The notes beneath the pieces are model-generated. The model ran no database searches and was not told the DNA's origin. It saw only the letters and a program-made list of their open reading frames with translations. A stretch of DNA of 64,000 bases from Thainema sp. (GTDB lineage: Bacteria > Cyanobacteriota > Cyanobacteriia > Phormidesmidales > Phormidesmidaceae). This document shows positions 50,367-60,654 of this stretch, piece by piece (positions within the stretch are counted from its first letter, which is position 1; every line of letters starts with the position of its first letter). The DNA is taken from NCBI GenBank assembly GCA_052168235.1, contig JBQLZK010000014.1:1-64000 (forward strand), in the 5' to 3' direction. Made by a program: the position numbers and the translations under genes.

Positions 50367-50728
50367 GAGCGATCGAGCCACCTGATATAAGGAGCAATTT
50401 GTTAACGATTTTACCCAATCTTCAACTCAGAGAACTTTGGTGTTCATCACACGACATCAAGCTGGAATGCATGTAACCAAAACCTTTGCCTGCAATCCTT
50501 TTGACGTTTGGTTGATCGTTGCTGCCCACACTACACCCAACGCGGCTGCGTTTTTTACCCACGCCTCATCTTAATCATCACGTCAGAATTACCCACACAA
50601 TGCCCCATAGCTGTGTGGCGACTCAGCCCCCTTGCGCTGGATATTCTGAGGACAGTTAAGCAAAAGCGCTGGTCTACAGCGCGAACAAGAAACCCCCTAA
50701 TTGTTCATTCACCTACAGGTAAACACTC

Positions 50729-51874
50729 ATGGCTAATCTATACGGAACCTTTTTGGGCGATGTTCTCGATGCGATCGCATATGGCAACAGCAACGACAAC
50801 CTCTATGGCTACGCTGGTAACGATACACTCTACGGTTGGGATGGTGACGACAATCTCTATGGCCACGGTGGAGATGACACACTTTATGGCGAGAGCGGCA
50901 ATGACTATCTGAACGGCGGCACCGGGGCCGATTATATGAGCGGTGGTTATGGTAATGACACCTATGTTGTTGATAACGTTGGTGACACCGTTTATGAATT
51001 CGCTGGCGGCGGCATTGATACCGTTGAGTCTTCTATCAGCTACACCCTAGGCAACTATGTTGAGAATCTGACCCTCATGGGTTCTGCCTATTCCGGATAT
51101 GGCAACGCCCTAGATAACGTTATCAAAGGCAACGATTACGCTAACTATCTCTTCGGCGATAACGGCAACGATACGATCTATGGCTATGGTGGTAATGACT
51201 TTATTGACGGCTGGAGTGGCGATGACTCGCTCTATGGCGGCGACGGCAACGACACGATGTATGGCTACTATGGCAATGACTACATTAACGGTGGTAATGG
51301 CAACGACTCACTCTATGGTGAAGCGGGTAACGATACGCTAGATGGCTTGTATGGTGATGACTATATCAGCGGTGGTGCTGGTGATGACTCGCTGCTCGGC
51401 TACTACGGTAATGATGATTTATATGGCGGTAATGGCGCTGATAAGCTTTATGGTGAGGCGGGTGATGATTATCTCAATGGTGGAGCGGGTAACGATTCCC
51501 TCAGTGGCGGTTCTGGCTCTGATGATTTAGTTGGTGGCGATGGAAATGATGTCCTAACTGGCTACGGCTTCACGGCGTCTGAATACGATTCAATGACAGG
51601 TGGAGCCGGGGCCGATACGTTCGTTTTGGGCAGTGCCTACAGTGCTTATTACCAGTCTTCTAGTTACGAATTTGGCTACGCCACCATTGAAGACTTCAAC
51701 TATGCAGAAGGCGATAAAATCCAGGTTTATGGTTCGCACAGCGACTACACCGTTACAGATATTGGTAGTGATGCGTACATCTACCACAACTCCAATTCGT
51801 CCGATTTAGTTGCGATTGTAGTTGGCGGTGCTGGAGTGAATTTAATTCCTTCCGTTGATTTTGTCTCAGCTTAA
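50729..51874 (+). CDS. RTX/hemolysin-type Ca2+-binding secreted protein 1
   Basis: Many G.GND.LYG nonapeptides; VENLTL; C-terminal GGAGADTF...I.DF...EGDKI. Confidence 0.92.
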   Translation: MANLYGTFLGDVLDAIAYGNSNDNLYGYAGNDTLYGWDGDDNLYGHGGDDTLYGESGNDYLNGGTGADYMSGGYGNDTYVVDNVGDTVYEFAGGGIDTVESSISYTLGNYVENLTLMGSAYSGYGNALDNVIKGNDYANYLFGDNGNDTIYGYGGNDFIDGWSGDDSLYGGDGNDTMYGYYGNDYINGGNGNDSLYGEAGNDTLDGLYGDDYISGGAGDDSLLGYYGNDDLYGGNGADKLYGEAGDDYLNGGAGNDSLSGGSGSDDLVGGDGNDVLTGYGFTASEYDSMTGGAGADTFVLGSAYSAYYQSSSYEFGYATIEDFNYAEGDKIQVYGSHSDYTVTDIGSDAYIYHNSNSSDLVAIVVGGAGVNLIPSVDFVSA

Positions 51875-51919
51875 CTTGCTAAACTGTGAGACTGTCTAAC
51901 GATGCATTTGCATCTTAAT

Positions 51920-51958
51920 AAAAGAGGTTTCGGTCGCAAGTATACCGAAACCTCTTTT
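51920..51958 (+). terminator. Intrinsic terminator
   Basis: aaaagaggtttcggt...accgaaacctctttt. Confidence 0.8.
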
Positions 51959-52526
51959 GCTCTGTTTGTTGATCGTTAGGTATGCGGATAGTGATATTCC
52001 TGCAATATTTTTGTTGTGTGTGTACCGTCCACATAACGAAAAATTGTTGCCATTTGAGGACTACCGCTATTCGATACCCCATATAAAAATAGTCACATTA
52101 GTTAGGACGGTGGAACGCCCTGAAAACGCTCAAATGTTGGAGATTTGACTTTGTAAATGTCTCGACCAAAGTGGCGACGGTTGCATTATGTCCTTTGAAA
52201 ATCAAGGCTCTAGAGAAGAATATGATGCTTTTATGGTTACAGATTTTCTGCCCGTATCCCTGAATTTATCCTATTTGGAAAGGGCATCTAAAACGATTTA
52301 TATTCATCGCAAAGGTTGAGTATTTTGGCGAAATTTTAGGTGCTTTTTATGGGCAAATTAGCCGCCAAGGTTTTACCCATATTTTTACCAATGGGGCTCT
52401 CATCAAAACGCAGTAAACCAACGAAATGCCCAATGCCTGTGTGATGTCCTACGGCTACTTCCTTGGATATCTTGAACTTAAGTTCGATTAGAACATTGTT
52501 CATTCATCTACTACAGGAAATTAGTC

Positions 52527-54245
52527 ATGCCTCAGAAAATTGTAGGAACCTTCGGCAACGATTATATTGATGCAATTGGTGATGGTAATCTAGACAACCT
52601 TATTTATGCTCTAGATGGCGACGACACCGTTTTAGCGTGGGATGGAGACGACTATATCAATGGTGGCAACGGTAATGATGAACTCTACGGTGAAGCGGGC
52701 GACGACATCATTGATGGTTGGAATGGAGACGACTACATTAGCGGTGGCAGCGGCAGCGATACGCTGTATGGCTACTACGGCAATGATGAAATTTATGGCG
52801 GCAGTGAGGATGATGACCTCTATGGCGAAGCCGGTAATGACTATCTAGACGGTGGTTTGGGTGCTGACTACATGGGTGGTGGTGCCGGTGACGATACGTA
52901 TGTCGTTGATGATGCAGGTGACACCGTATTCGAAGGTTCTGCTTTGGGTGGTACTGATACGGTTGAATCTTCGATTGACTATACCCTAGGCGACTACGTA
53001 GAAAATCTCACCCTTACAGGTTCTGCCTACTCTGGTGCCGGGAACCAACTGGATAACGTCATTGAAGGTAATGATTACGCCAACAGCCTTTTTGGCGATG
53101 ACGGCAACGACACAATCTATGGCAACGATGGCGATGACTATATTGATGGCTGGACTGGAGACGATAGCCTCTATGGTGGCGCTGGCGCTGACGAAATTCT
53201 AGGGTACGACGGTGACGACTACATCAATGGTGGCATCGGCAGTGATGCTCTGTATGGTGAAGCGGGTAATGACACGATTGATGGCTGGTATGGCGACGAC
53301 TATATCAGCGGTGGTGGCGGTAACGACGTTCTCTATGGCTACTATGGCGACGATGAAATTTACGGTGATAGCGGCAGCGATGATCTTTATGGTGAAGCCG
53401 GTAATGATTATCTAGATGGTGGTTTGGGTGCCGACTATATGAGTGGTGGTGCCGATAATGATACCTATGTTGTTGACAATGTGGGTGACACCGTATTCGA
53501 AGGTTCTGCTTTGGGTGGTACTGATACGGTTGAATCTTCGATTGACTATACCCTAGGCGACTATGTAGAAAATCTTACCCTCACAGGTTCTGCCTACTCT
53601 GGTGATGGCAATGAACTAGATAACATCATTGAGGGGAATGATTACGCCAACAGCCTCTTTGGCGATGACGGCAACGACACGATCTATGGCAACGATGGCG
53701 ATGACTATATCGATGGCTGGTATGGCGATGATAGCCTTTATGGTGGCATCGGCGCTGACAACATTCTGGGGTATTTCGGTAACGACAATCTCTATGGCGG
53801 ATACGGTAGTGATGACCTCTATGGTGAGGCGGGTGATGACTATCTCGGTGGAGGAAACGGCAGCGATAACCTCTATGGTGGTTCTGGTTCTGACGAATTA
53901 GTGGGAGGAGCCGATGACGATGTTTTGACAGGTTATGGCTTTACCGAAAATGAGTACGACTCTATGACCGGAGGAGCCGGAGCCGATACGTTTGTCATTG
54001 GTGATGCTTTTGGTGCTTACTACCAAGATTCAAGCTACGAGTATGGGTTTGCGACCATTGAGGACTTCAACTACCTAGAAGGCGATAAAATTCAGGTTTA
54101 TGGTTCGCACAGCGACTACACTGTTACTGATGTTGGTAGCGATGCATATATCTACCACAATTCCAATTCGTCTGATTTAGTCGCAGTTGTGGTTGGTGGT
54201 GCTGGAGCTAGCTTGATTCCTGCCATCGATTTCGTAACGGCTTAG
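52527..54245 (+). CDS. RTX/hemolysin-type Ca2+-binding secreted protein 2 (paralog with internal duplication)
   Basis: Same architecture and near-identical C-terminus as 50729-51874; internal repeat offset by 567 nt. Confidence 0.92.
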   Translation: MPQKIVGTFGNDYIDAIGDGNLDNLIYALDGDDTVLAWDGDDYINGGNGNDELYGEAGDDIIDGWNGDDYISGGSGSDTLYGYYGNDEIYGGSEDDDLYGEAGNDYLDGGLGADYMGGGAGDDTYVVDDAGDTVFEGSALGGTDTVESSIDYTLGDYVENLTLTGSAYSGAGNQLDNVIEGNDYANSLFGDDGNDTIYGNDGDDYIDGWTGDDSLYGGAGADEILGYDGDDYINGGIGSDALYGEAGNDTIDGWYGDDYISGGGGNDVLYGYYGDDEIYGDSGSDDLYGEAGNDYLDGGLGADYMSGGADNDTYVVDNVGDTVFEGSALGGTDTVESSIDYTLGDYVENLTLTGSAYSGDGNELDNIIEGNDYANSLFGDDGNDTIYGNDGDDYIDGWYGDDSLYGGIGADNILGYFGNDNLYGGYGSDDLYGEAGDDYLGGGNGSDNLYGGSGSDELVGGADDDVLTGYGFTENEYDSMTGGAGADTFVIGDAFGAYYQDSSYEYGFATIEDFNYLEGDKIQVYGSHSDYTVTDVGSDAYIYHNSNSSDLVAVVVGGAGASLIPAIDFVTA

Positions 54246-54265
54246 GACTTTCAATCTTATTGAAA

Positions 54266-54320
54266 AACCCTTAAAGAGACTGGGCCACCGCATTGCGGTG
54301 GCCCAGTCTCTTTAAGGGTT
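54266..54320. terminator. Perfect palindrome, 27-bp arms
   Basis: aacccttaaagagactgggccaccgca-t-tgcggtggcccagtctctttaagggtt. Confidence 0.8.
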
Positions 54321-54507
54321 CAGACAAAAATACCCACGCCCTGCCCATGTGCAGGTGGTGCGATCGCAGTTTTGCGTTTTGATGTCGAACGCTAACAATT
54401 TAGTCATCTGTCGTAACTCGGTGTCGTAATCAGTAATGTGAGATACAGGGCAGAAAGCGGAACTCCGCCTTAATATCAATAGAGATAACGTAATCTAGTG
54501 GGTTAAT

Positions 54508-55989
54508 GTGCCTGACACGCTTTCTGGACGGTTAGATGCGACCCGTCTGTTATTTGATTTACAGCAAGCCAATGCGATCTCAGAACAATTTTCTGGCTGC
54601 CTACAACCGGATCAGATCGCTGCCACGGTGACAGCAGAATTAGTGAAGCGCTTTGATTGTGCTTTTGCGCGGCTGTGGCTGGTAGAACCTGACGGGGCAT
54701 CGCTGCGACTGGTGGCGTCGGCGGGACTTTACACTCACATCGATGGCTCCTTTGCCCGCGTGCCGATGGGAGCGTACAAGGTTGGCAAAATTGCTCAGAA
54801 TCGGGTGCCGTTTTTAAGCAATCATCTAGCTGAAGAATCCTGGGTAAAAGACCGCAACTGGGCACTGGAGCAAAAGATTCAGGGATTTGCTGGCTATCCC
54901 CTGGCTATTCAGGATCGGGTAATCGGAGTCTTGGCTACCTTTAGTCATCAACCGATGGCATCGGAATTTCTAGAAGTGCTGCAAACGCTGTGTACTACTG
55001 TCACTGTTGCTCTCGATACGGCACTGCAGCATCAGCAGCACACGAGTCTGGTTATTCCGACCCAAAATCCGCTTCATCATCCCTTGTCCGATCTGTTGGC
55101 AACGGTACTGACGACTACCCGCCTGACGCTAGTGGGTACTGAACGCTCGCTGACACCTGCCATGAGCTACCTCTTTTTACAGGTCACAGAACGTCTAACT
55201 CAGCAAACCTGCCAGTACTGTCGGTTGACCTATGGGGCTGAGACAGTGACGCTAGATGCGATTTTGGCTTGCCCCACTGAGGATTTAGCTGAACTGCAAA
55301 CCTGGAGTGATACGGTGTTTGGTGATTTGCCTTTTGCGATCGCACATTTAGGTGGCAGCTTTCAGATTGATATTGGGGCTCAGCAAAAGGTGGTTCAGGT
55401 GCTGCTGATGGTGCCTTATCCAAGCTGCACAATGGATTGTGCCGTGCGGATTCGCTGTCAGAGTCCGGTTCTTCAATTGGCGCTGACCCACCTTGCCCAT
55501 CAAGCCCAGCTACAGGTAGTCCAGGTCGGTGGCCCGACGGTTCCCCTATTAACCGATGATGTGACGCTACTGAACTCCTCCCAACCGATCCTGTGGCTGG
55601 ATAACAGTACAGCGCCGATTCCGGATCGGGTGGCAGGCTGCGTCCATTTAAACGTGCAGCCCGCGCAGTTGCGTGCAGCGGTTGATGCGCTGGTGCGGGG
55701 GGAAACCGTGCCGCCGCTGGGTGGAGAGAGCAGTCTGCTGTCAGACCGGGAGCAGGAAGTGCTGAACCTGTTGGCCCAGGGATACCGCGATCGCGATATT
55801 GCCCAAACGCTTCACATTAGCGAAAGCACGGTCAAGTTTCACCTCAACAATACGCTGACCAAGCTGAATGCCCGCAATCGCTATCAGGCTGTTTATCAAG
55901 CGACAATCAACGGCTGGATTCGGCCTGAATGTTTTCCGCCAGCCAGTCCATCTAGTCCATCCAGTTCATCTCATCCATCCGTTGTCTAA
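54508..55989 (+). CDS. GAF domain + LuxR-type HTH transcriptional regulator
   Basis: FARLWL..LRLVASAG..FAGYPL; LSDREQEVLNLLAQGYRDRDIAQTLHISESTVKFH. Confidence 0.9.
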   Translation: MPDTLSGRLDATRLLFDLQQANAISEQFSGCLQPDQIAATVTAELVKRFDCAFARLWLVEPDGASLRLVASAGLYTHIDGSFARVPMGAYKVGKIAQNRVPFLSNHLAEESWVKDRNWALEQKIQGFAGYPLAIQDRVIGVLATFSHQPMASEFLEVLQTLCTTVTVALDTALQHQQHTSLVIPTQNPLHHPLSDLLATVLTTTRLTLVGTERSLTPAMSYLFLQVTERLTQQTCQYCRLTYGAETVTLDAILACPTEDLAELQTWSDTVFGDLPFAIAHLGGSFQIDIGAQQKVVQVLLMVPYPSCTMDCAVRIRCQSPVLQLALTHLAHQAQLQVVQVGGPTVPLLTDDVTLLNSSQPILWLDNSTAPIPDRVAGCVHLNVQPAQLRAAVDALVRGETVPPLGGESSLLSDREQEVLNLLAQGYRDRDIAQTLHISESTVKFHLNNTLTKLNARNRYQAVYQATINGWIRPECFPPASPSSPSSSSHPSVV

Positions 55990-56008
55990 CGCTGCTGCTG
56001 CATTCCTT

Positions 56009-56096
56009 AGACTTTATCGGAAATTGTTTTGTAGCGCGGCTTTGCCGCGCTACAAAACAATTTCCAACCCCAAAAACTTTATTGCCAATAAAGTCT
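56009..56096. mobile_element. 88-bp MITE-like element, copy 3 (opposite orientation)
   Basis: Reverse complement of the 119-206 family. Confidence 0.85.
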
Positions 56097-56543
56097 ATTG
56101 CAGATATAGACCATCGCGCTCCTGATTTTCTATTTGGCCTTAAGCCGATCGCGGCGACAGCCTCTCCTCTTCGGGGTTTCGATTGGCCAAATGCTCGTTA
56201 TCAGGGATTGCTGATTTCAATTAATACCCAAATTAAGCAACGCTCGTTATCAGGCATCAATCTTTGCAAAACGAATAAATTTTAGTAGAAAGCCTGGGAT
56301 AAACATCTATATATGGCAAATTACCTATATATTGCTAGATGATGCGAACTAATCACTTGCATAGTAGCGCTGCACAGCAATAGCAACAGCGATCCAACGC
56401 TGTATTCCGTGCAAGTTAGAGATTGCAGTACCATAGCATCGCCTTGAGGTTAAGACGTTTGGGTTAACGTTTCTTTCATCATTTGCAGATTCGCAACGCT
56501 CAATATTCATGTTCTAACCCAGGGATGATTGCTATAACGGCAA

Positions 56544-57560
56544 ATGTGGTGTGACGAACTTGAGAGTATGACACATAATATTCAGCAAGCAGTCGATGAA
56601 TCGACTGTAGAGCAGCCTATTCAAGCCGTTCCTCGGCTTGATGCTCAAAACACAACGGCTGATCAAACAACGGCGGAACTGTTTTTTCAGCACTATCAAA
56701 AGCCGGGAAAACCAGTGGTTTTGACCGGATTCTTGGCTGATTGTTCGGCCTGGAACCTTAATTTTCTAGAGCAACAGTTAGGTGATCTGGTATTCCCGGT
56801 ACGGCGCTATGGTCAGGAACGCTATCAGCAAGATAAGCGGCAGTGGAAAACGGCAGGTAGCGGTGTAGAAGCCGTTCAGATTTCGTTTCGGCGGTATCTT
56901 GAACAGTTGCGCAATGGTGAGGCGGCGGCTCAAGATTTATACCTGGCTCGCTGTGCGCTGAAAGATACGCCATTAGCTGAACCAGAACTGTTGACCCAAC
57001 CAGAACAGCAATTGAATCTGCGCTGGCCTGCCACGCCGTTGAATTTGTGGTTAGGGTCGGGGGGGCACACCTCCTGCTTGCACTATGACCCAATGGATGG
57101 CACGCTGACGCAGCTCATGGGGGTCAAGCGGGTGATTTTGTTCCCGCCGCATCAGCTCTATAACCTGTATCCCCTGTCCATTTTGAACCACTTGCGCTAC
57201 GGTCTAAAGCTGCGATCGGTCTATAGCCAAGTCTATCCTGATGCCCCTGATCTAAAGGCGTTTCCACGCTTTGCGCGGGCTCAGCAGTATCGCTACGAAA
57301 CGGAACTGCAACCGGGAGAAATTTTGTTCATTCCCTCTGGCTGGTGGCATGAGGTGCAGTCTATCGGCACAGGAGCTGTTTGTTCAACCAATCGGTTTTG
57401 GCATGTTTATCCGCCAGCCCGAGGTGTCCGACTGTGGAGTAAATGGCGAGCGCATTTGGGGGGCGTGTTTGCGCTGCCGCATACGATGCGTCAATGGCTG
57501 GTTGCGATCGCAAGTCCGGATCGTCAGCAAAAACTGCGCCAGTTGTTCCAGCAGCTTTGA
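56544..57560 (+). CDS. JmjC/cupin-like Fe(II)/2-oxoglutarate oxygenase
   Basis: KPVVLTG, NLWLG, LHYD, GVKRVILFPP, LQPGEILFIPSGWWHEV. Confidence 0.9.
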   Translation: MWCDELESMTHNIQQAVDESTVEQPIQAVPRLDAQNTTADQTTAELFFQHYQKPGKPVVLTGFLADCSAWNLNFLEQQLGDLVFPVRRYGQERYQQDKRQWKTAGSGVEAVQISFRRYLEQLRNGEAAAQDLYLARCALKDTPLAEPELLTQPEQQLNLRWPATPLNLWLGSGGHTSCLHYDPMDGTLTQLMGVKRVILFPPHQLYNLYPLSILNHLRYGLKLRSVYSQVYPDAPDLKAFPRFARAQQYRYETELQPGEILFIPSGWWHEVQSIGTGAVCSTNRFWHVYPPARGVRLWSKWRAHLGGVFALPHTMRQWLVAIASPDRQQKLRQLFQQL

Positions 57561-57697
57561 GAGGGTTCTAGCCAAAAAGTGAGTCTAGCGGCTCATGAAG
57601 GTGGCAACTTAATTTGGCAAAATGGGCACACTGACATATAGAGTGCATATTCCGCCAGATCAACTGCAACAGTGTACGTGATGGGTAAAGATCGGCT

Positions 57698-59050
57698 ATG
57701 AGTCAGCGTCAAGATGCTTGGTCAGACTTTAAAGAAACCTCGTCTGACTCTCAAATGATGGCTACCGTTGATGCCGAATTGGCGGAAGCGGATGCAGAGA
57801 ATTATCTATCTCTCGATGATTTGATGACAACGGCAGAATTGCCCAGCGATTGGCTGCGGCAAGGCGTTGAATTTGCTAAGTTGGGGGATATCAATCGAGC
57901 GATTCAAACCATCAATCAAGCCATTAAGCTGAAGCCGAACTACTATCCGGCGCTGATGTATCAGGCGATGCTGCTGGGCCAGCAGCAGGACTACGAGACC
58001 ACTGTTCATCTCTGCGACCAAATTCTGGAACTGTGGCCGGATGACGCCAAGGCTTGGTATAACCGGGGCTATGCCCAAATGAAAATGCAGCAGTATGATG
58101 CGGCCATTTCGTCATTTGGGCAGGCGCTGCGGTACCAGGATTCAATGATCAAGGCGTGGTATCAGCAGGGGAAAGCGCTGGAGCGGACTGGGCGCTATGT
58201 GGAAGCGGTAGACAGTCTGGATCATGCGATCGCACGTGACCCGTCCTACTATCGGGCGTGGCGGCTGAAGGGCCTCTGCCTGTGTCGGATGGGTTGTTAC
58301 ACTGCCGCCGTTGAGAGCTTTGACCAGTCGCTTCAGGTATATGGCAACGATGGGCAAACACTGTATCATCGCGGCTATGCTCTGTGGCAACTGCAGCGTA
58401 ACCGCGAAGCGCTAGAAGCCTTTGAACAAGCGATCGCACTTCAGTCTCAGAATGCTGAGCTGTGGTGCTGTCGCGGCACCATCTTGCTCCAGCTGAATGA
58501 GGTCGAAGAAGCGCTCACCAGTTTCAACCAGGCGTTGCTGATCGATTCCAAACACCAGCAGGCGCTCTGTCGGCGGGGCATTGTCTTGCTCAAACAGGGG
58601 CACTGTGCCGATGCGATCGCAAGTTTTGATCAGGCATTGGAACTCCATCCCCACTATGCCCAAGCACTTTACTACAAAGGCAAAGCCCTAGATCAACTAG
58701 GACGGCCAGAGCAGGCGATTACTTACTATAAACGGGCGCTGAATATCCATGCCTATAGCCATAAGGTCTGGATTTCAACCGGAATCGCGCTTCAGCGGAT
58801 GCAGCGACTGGATGATGCGATCGCAAGTTTCAACAAATCCCTGGCCATTAAACCGGATGATCCCACAGCCTTCTATGCCCTCGCTCAGTGCTACGCGCTG
58901 CAAAATCAAACTGATCTAGCGCTGGATAACCTACAAAAAGCAATTCAGATCAATCCGGATTACTATCTACTAGAGGCCAGCCAAGAAACCAGTTTTGAGC
59001 GCTTCTATGCCGAACCGCGATTTCGCCGCCTCGTCATGGGCGTGGAATAA
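57698..59050 (+). CDS. Tetratricopeptide repeat protein
   Basis: Tandem AWYNRG...A..SF..AL repeats. Confidence 0.92.
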   Translation: MSQRQDAWSDFKETSSDSQMMATVDAELAEADAENYLSLDDLMTTAELPSDWLRQGVEFAKLGDINRAIQTINQAIKLKPNYYPALMYQAMLLGQQQDYETTVHLCDQILELWPDDAKAWYNRGYAQMKMQQYDAAISSFGQALRYQDSMIKAWYQQGKALERTGRYVEAVDSLDHAIARDPSYYRAWRLKGLCLCRMGCYTAAVESFDQSLQVYGNDGQTLYHRGYALWQLQRNREALEAFEQAIALQSQNAELWCCRGTILLQLNEVEEALTSFNQALLIDSKHQQALCRRGIVLLKQGHCADAIASFDQALELHPHYAQALYYKGKALDQLGRPEQAITYYKRALNIHAYSHKVWISTGIALQRMQRLDDAIASFNKSLAIKPDDPTAFYALAQCYALQNQTDLALDNLQKAIQINPDYYLLEASQETSFERFYAEPRFRRLVMGVE

Positions 59051-59114
59051 TGGCCTTTGGCTTTGCGAATAATAGAGAGAGACGCAGCACTGAATCTCTC
59101 TCTTCCAAAAGTAA

Positions 59115-59999
59115 CTAATACGTTACGCCGCGATAGCGGCGCTTGGGCAGGGGTTGGCCGCTGCTGTCGAGGTCAGGTTCAAACTCGGCGCTCGTCATCT
59201 CAGGCGTTTCTTCGATTTCCGCTGCATCCAGTGTTTTATCGTTAAACGGTGTTTGAGAGAGCGGTGCATGAGATTTGCCGTTGGATTGCCCGTTGGCAAC
59301 TGTGCCATTCTCTAGCAGCACGCTGCGACCGTTGCCATTCGAACCGTGAGAAGACCCGTTACCGTTAATGCTCTTGCCATTTAGGCCATGACCGTTGGTT
59401 ACGGCATACGCTGAGGCCAGTTCAGTTGCCGCATCAAACTGAGTTGACGAACGATAGTTGGCAACGTGTGACTCTGTTTGATCTGCGTCGGCGCTGCGCT
59501 GAGTCTGCTTAGCTGCTTTCCGCGATTCAATTTGTCGCTTGATGCTAAATAAAACCGATACCAAGGCTCCATTTTCAATAGGGTCTGGGCTAATGGCCTG
59601 AAGCACAGCTTTCACGCCGTGGGTGACGCTGGTGACCAGTGAATCAGGCTCAAACGCAGGCAGATAATCAGCCGCGCCCTGATGCAAGGCCCATTGGCGC
59701 TCCGACGGATGAATTTCACTGCGAGCCGTATTGGTGAGGATGACTTGCATTTCCGAATAGCGATCGCGGCATAGGCGGCAAAACGCATAAGGATTAAATC
59801 CCTCAATGCCAACATCGACGAGAATGGCATCTGGTAAAGCCAAACCAGCCTGCTTGAGCTGCCGTACATTATCGATGAAGTCAACCTGTGGTGACTCCCA
59901 AATTACCGATATCCCTTGAGACTTAAGTACTGCTTGCCAAATCAGACCCTGAAGTTTTACGGGCTGAATCATCAGTACGAGTTTTTGTGAGTCAGTCAT
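59115..59999 (-). CDS. Atypical receiver-domain protein with C-terminal YRG motif
   Basis: PDAILVD, WALHQGAADYL; lacks the acidic pair and conserved Lys; ends RRYRGVTY. Confidence 0.7.
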   Translation of the reverse strand: MTDSQKLVLMIQPVKLQGLIWQAVLKSQGISVIWESPQVDFIDNVRQLKQAGLALPDAILVDVGIEGFNPYAFCRLCRDRYSEMQVILTNTARSEIHPSERQWALHQGAADYLPAFEPDSLVTSVTHGVKAVLQAISPDPIENGALVSVLFSIKRQIESRKAAKQTQRSADADQTESHVANYRSSTQFDAATELASAYAVTNGHGLNGKSINGNGSSHGSNGNGRSVLLENGTVANGQSNGKSHAPLSQTPFNDKTLDAAEIEETPEMTSAEFEPDLDSSGQPLPKRRYRGVTY

Positions 60000-60321
60000 C
60001 TCATTCCGACTGGGGTTCCAGGCTAACTTCTCAGCATTCAGGGCAAATCGTATACGATCGAACAGTTCGAGACCGTGTCTTAAGTTACCTGATCATGTGT
60101 TTTCAGCTAACTTCATCAACTTTTCAATAATTTTTCAATCTCTTTTCTCATCAGTATCGCATGTGATCTGACCGAAATTTGCGCTGTGAATTCTCTACGA
60201 AATCAATCTGAATATAGCTCTACTGAATAGCTAGTAGAACCGAGTTGATTATGAGCAGGCCAACGGGACGGTCTGTTCATAATCAACTTAAGATTGCTGC
60301 ATCGGGCGTTGCTCAATCTGG

Positions 60322-60368
60322 GTCTGAATTGTGATGTGGGGGCACTGCCCCCACATCACAATTCAGAC
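60322..60368. repeat. Perfect palindrome, 23-bp arms
   Basis: gtctgaattgtgatgtgggggca-c-tgcccccacatcacaattcagac. Confidence 0.85.
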
Positions 60369-60457
60369 TTAAAATCGGCAATCCCCTGTGATGGGCCGGA
60401 ATAGTGTGGTTGAAGTTGAGCTTTATTGAAACAAGTTGATTTTCTGAATTGATCAAT

Positions 60458-60545
60458 AGACTTTATTGGAAATAAAGTTTTTGGGGTTGGAAATTGTTTT
60501 GTAGCGCGGCGAAGCCGCGCTACAAAACAATTTCCGATAAAGTCT
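60458..60545. mobile_element. 88-bp MITE-like element, copy 4
   Basis: Near identical to 119-206; loop gaa. Confidence 0.85.
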
Positions 60546-60654
60546 AATATCGATTGATCAATCGACACAAGTTTTAAATGCTTGGAAATAAAAAACGTGT
60601 AATAAATTGGCTTCTGATACAGAGACTTGATATTGGTCAATCGATTCAATTGAC

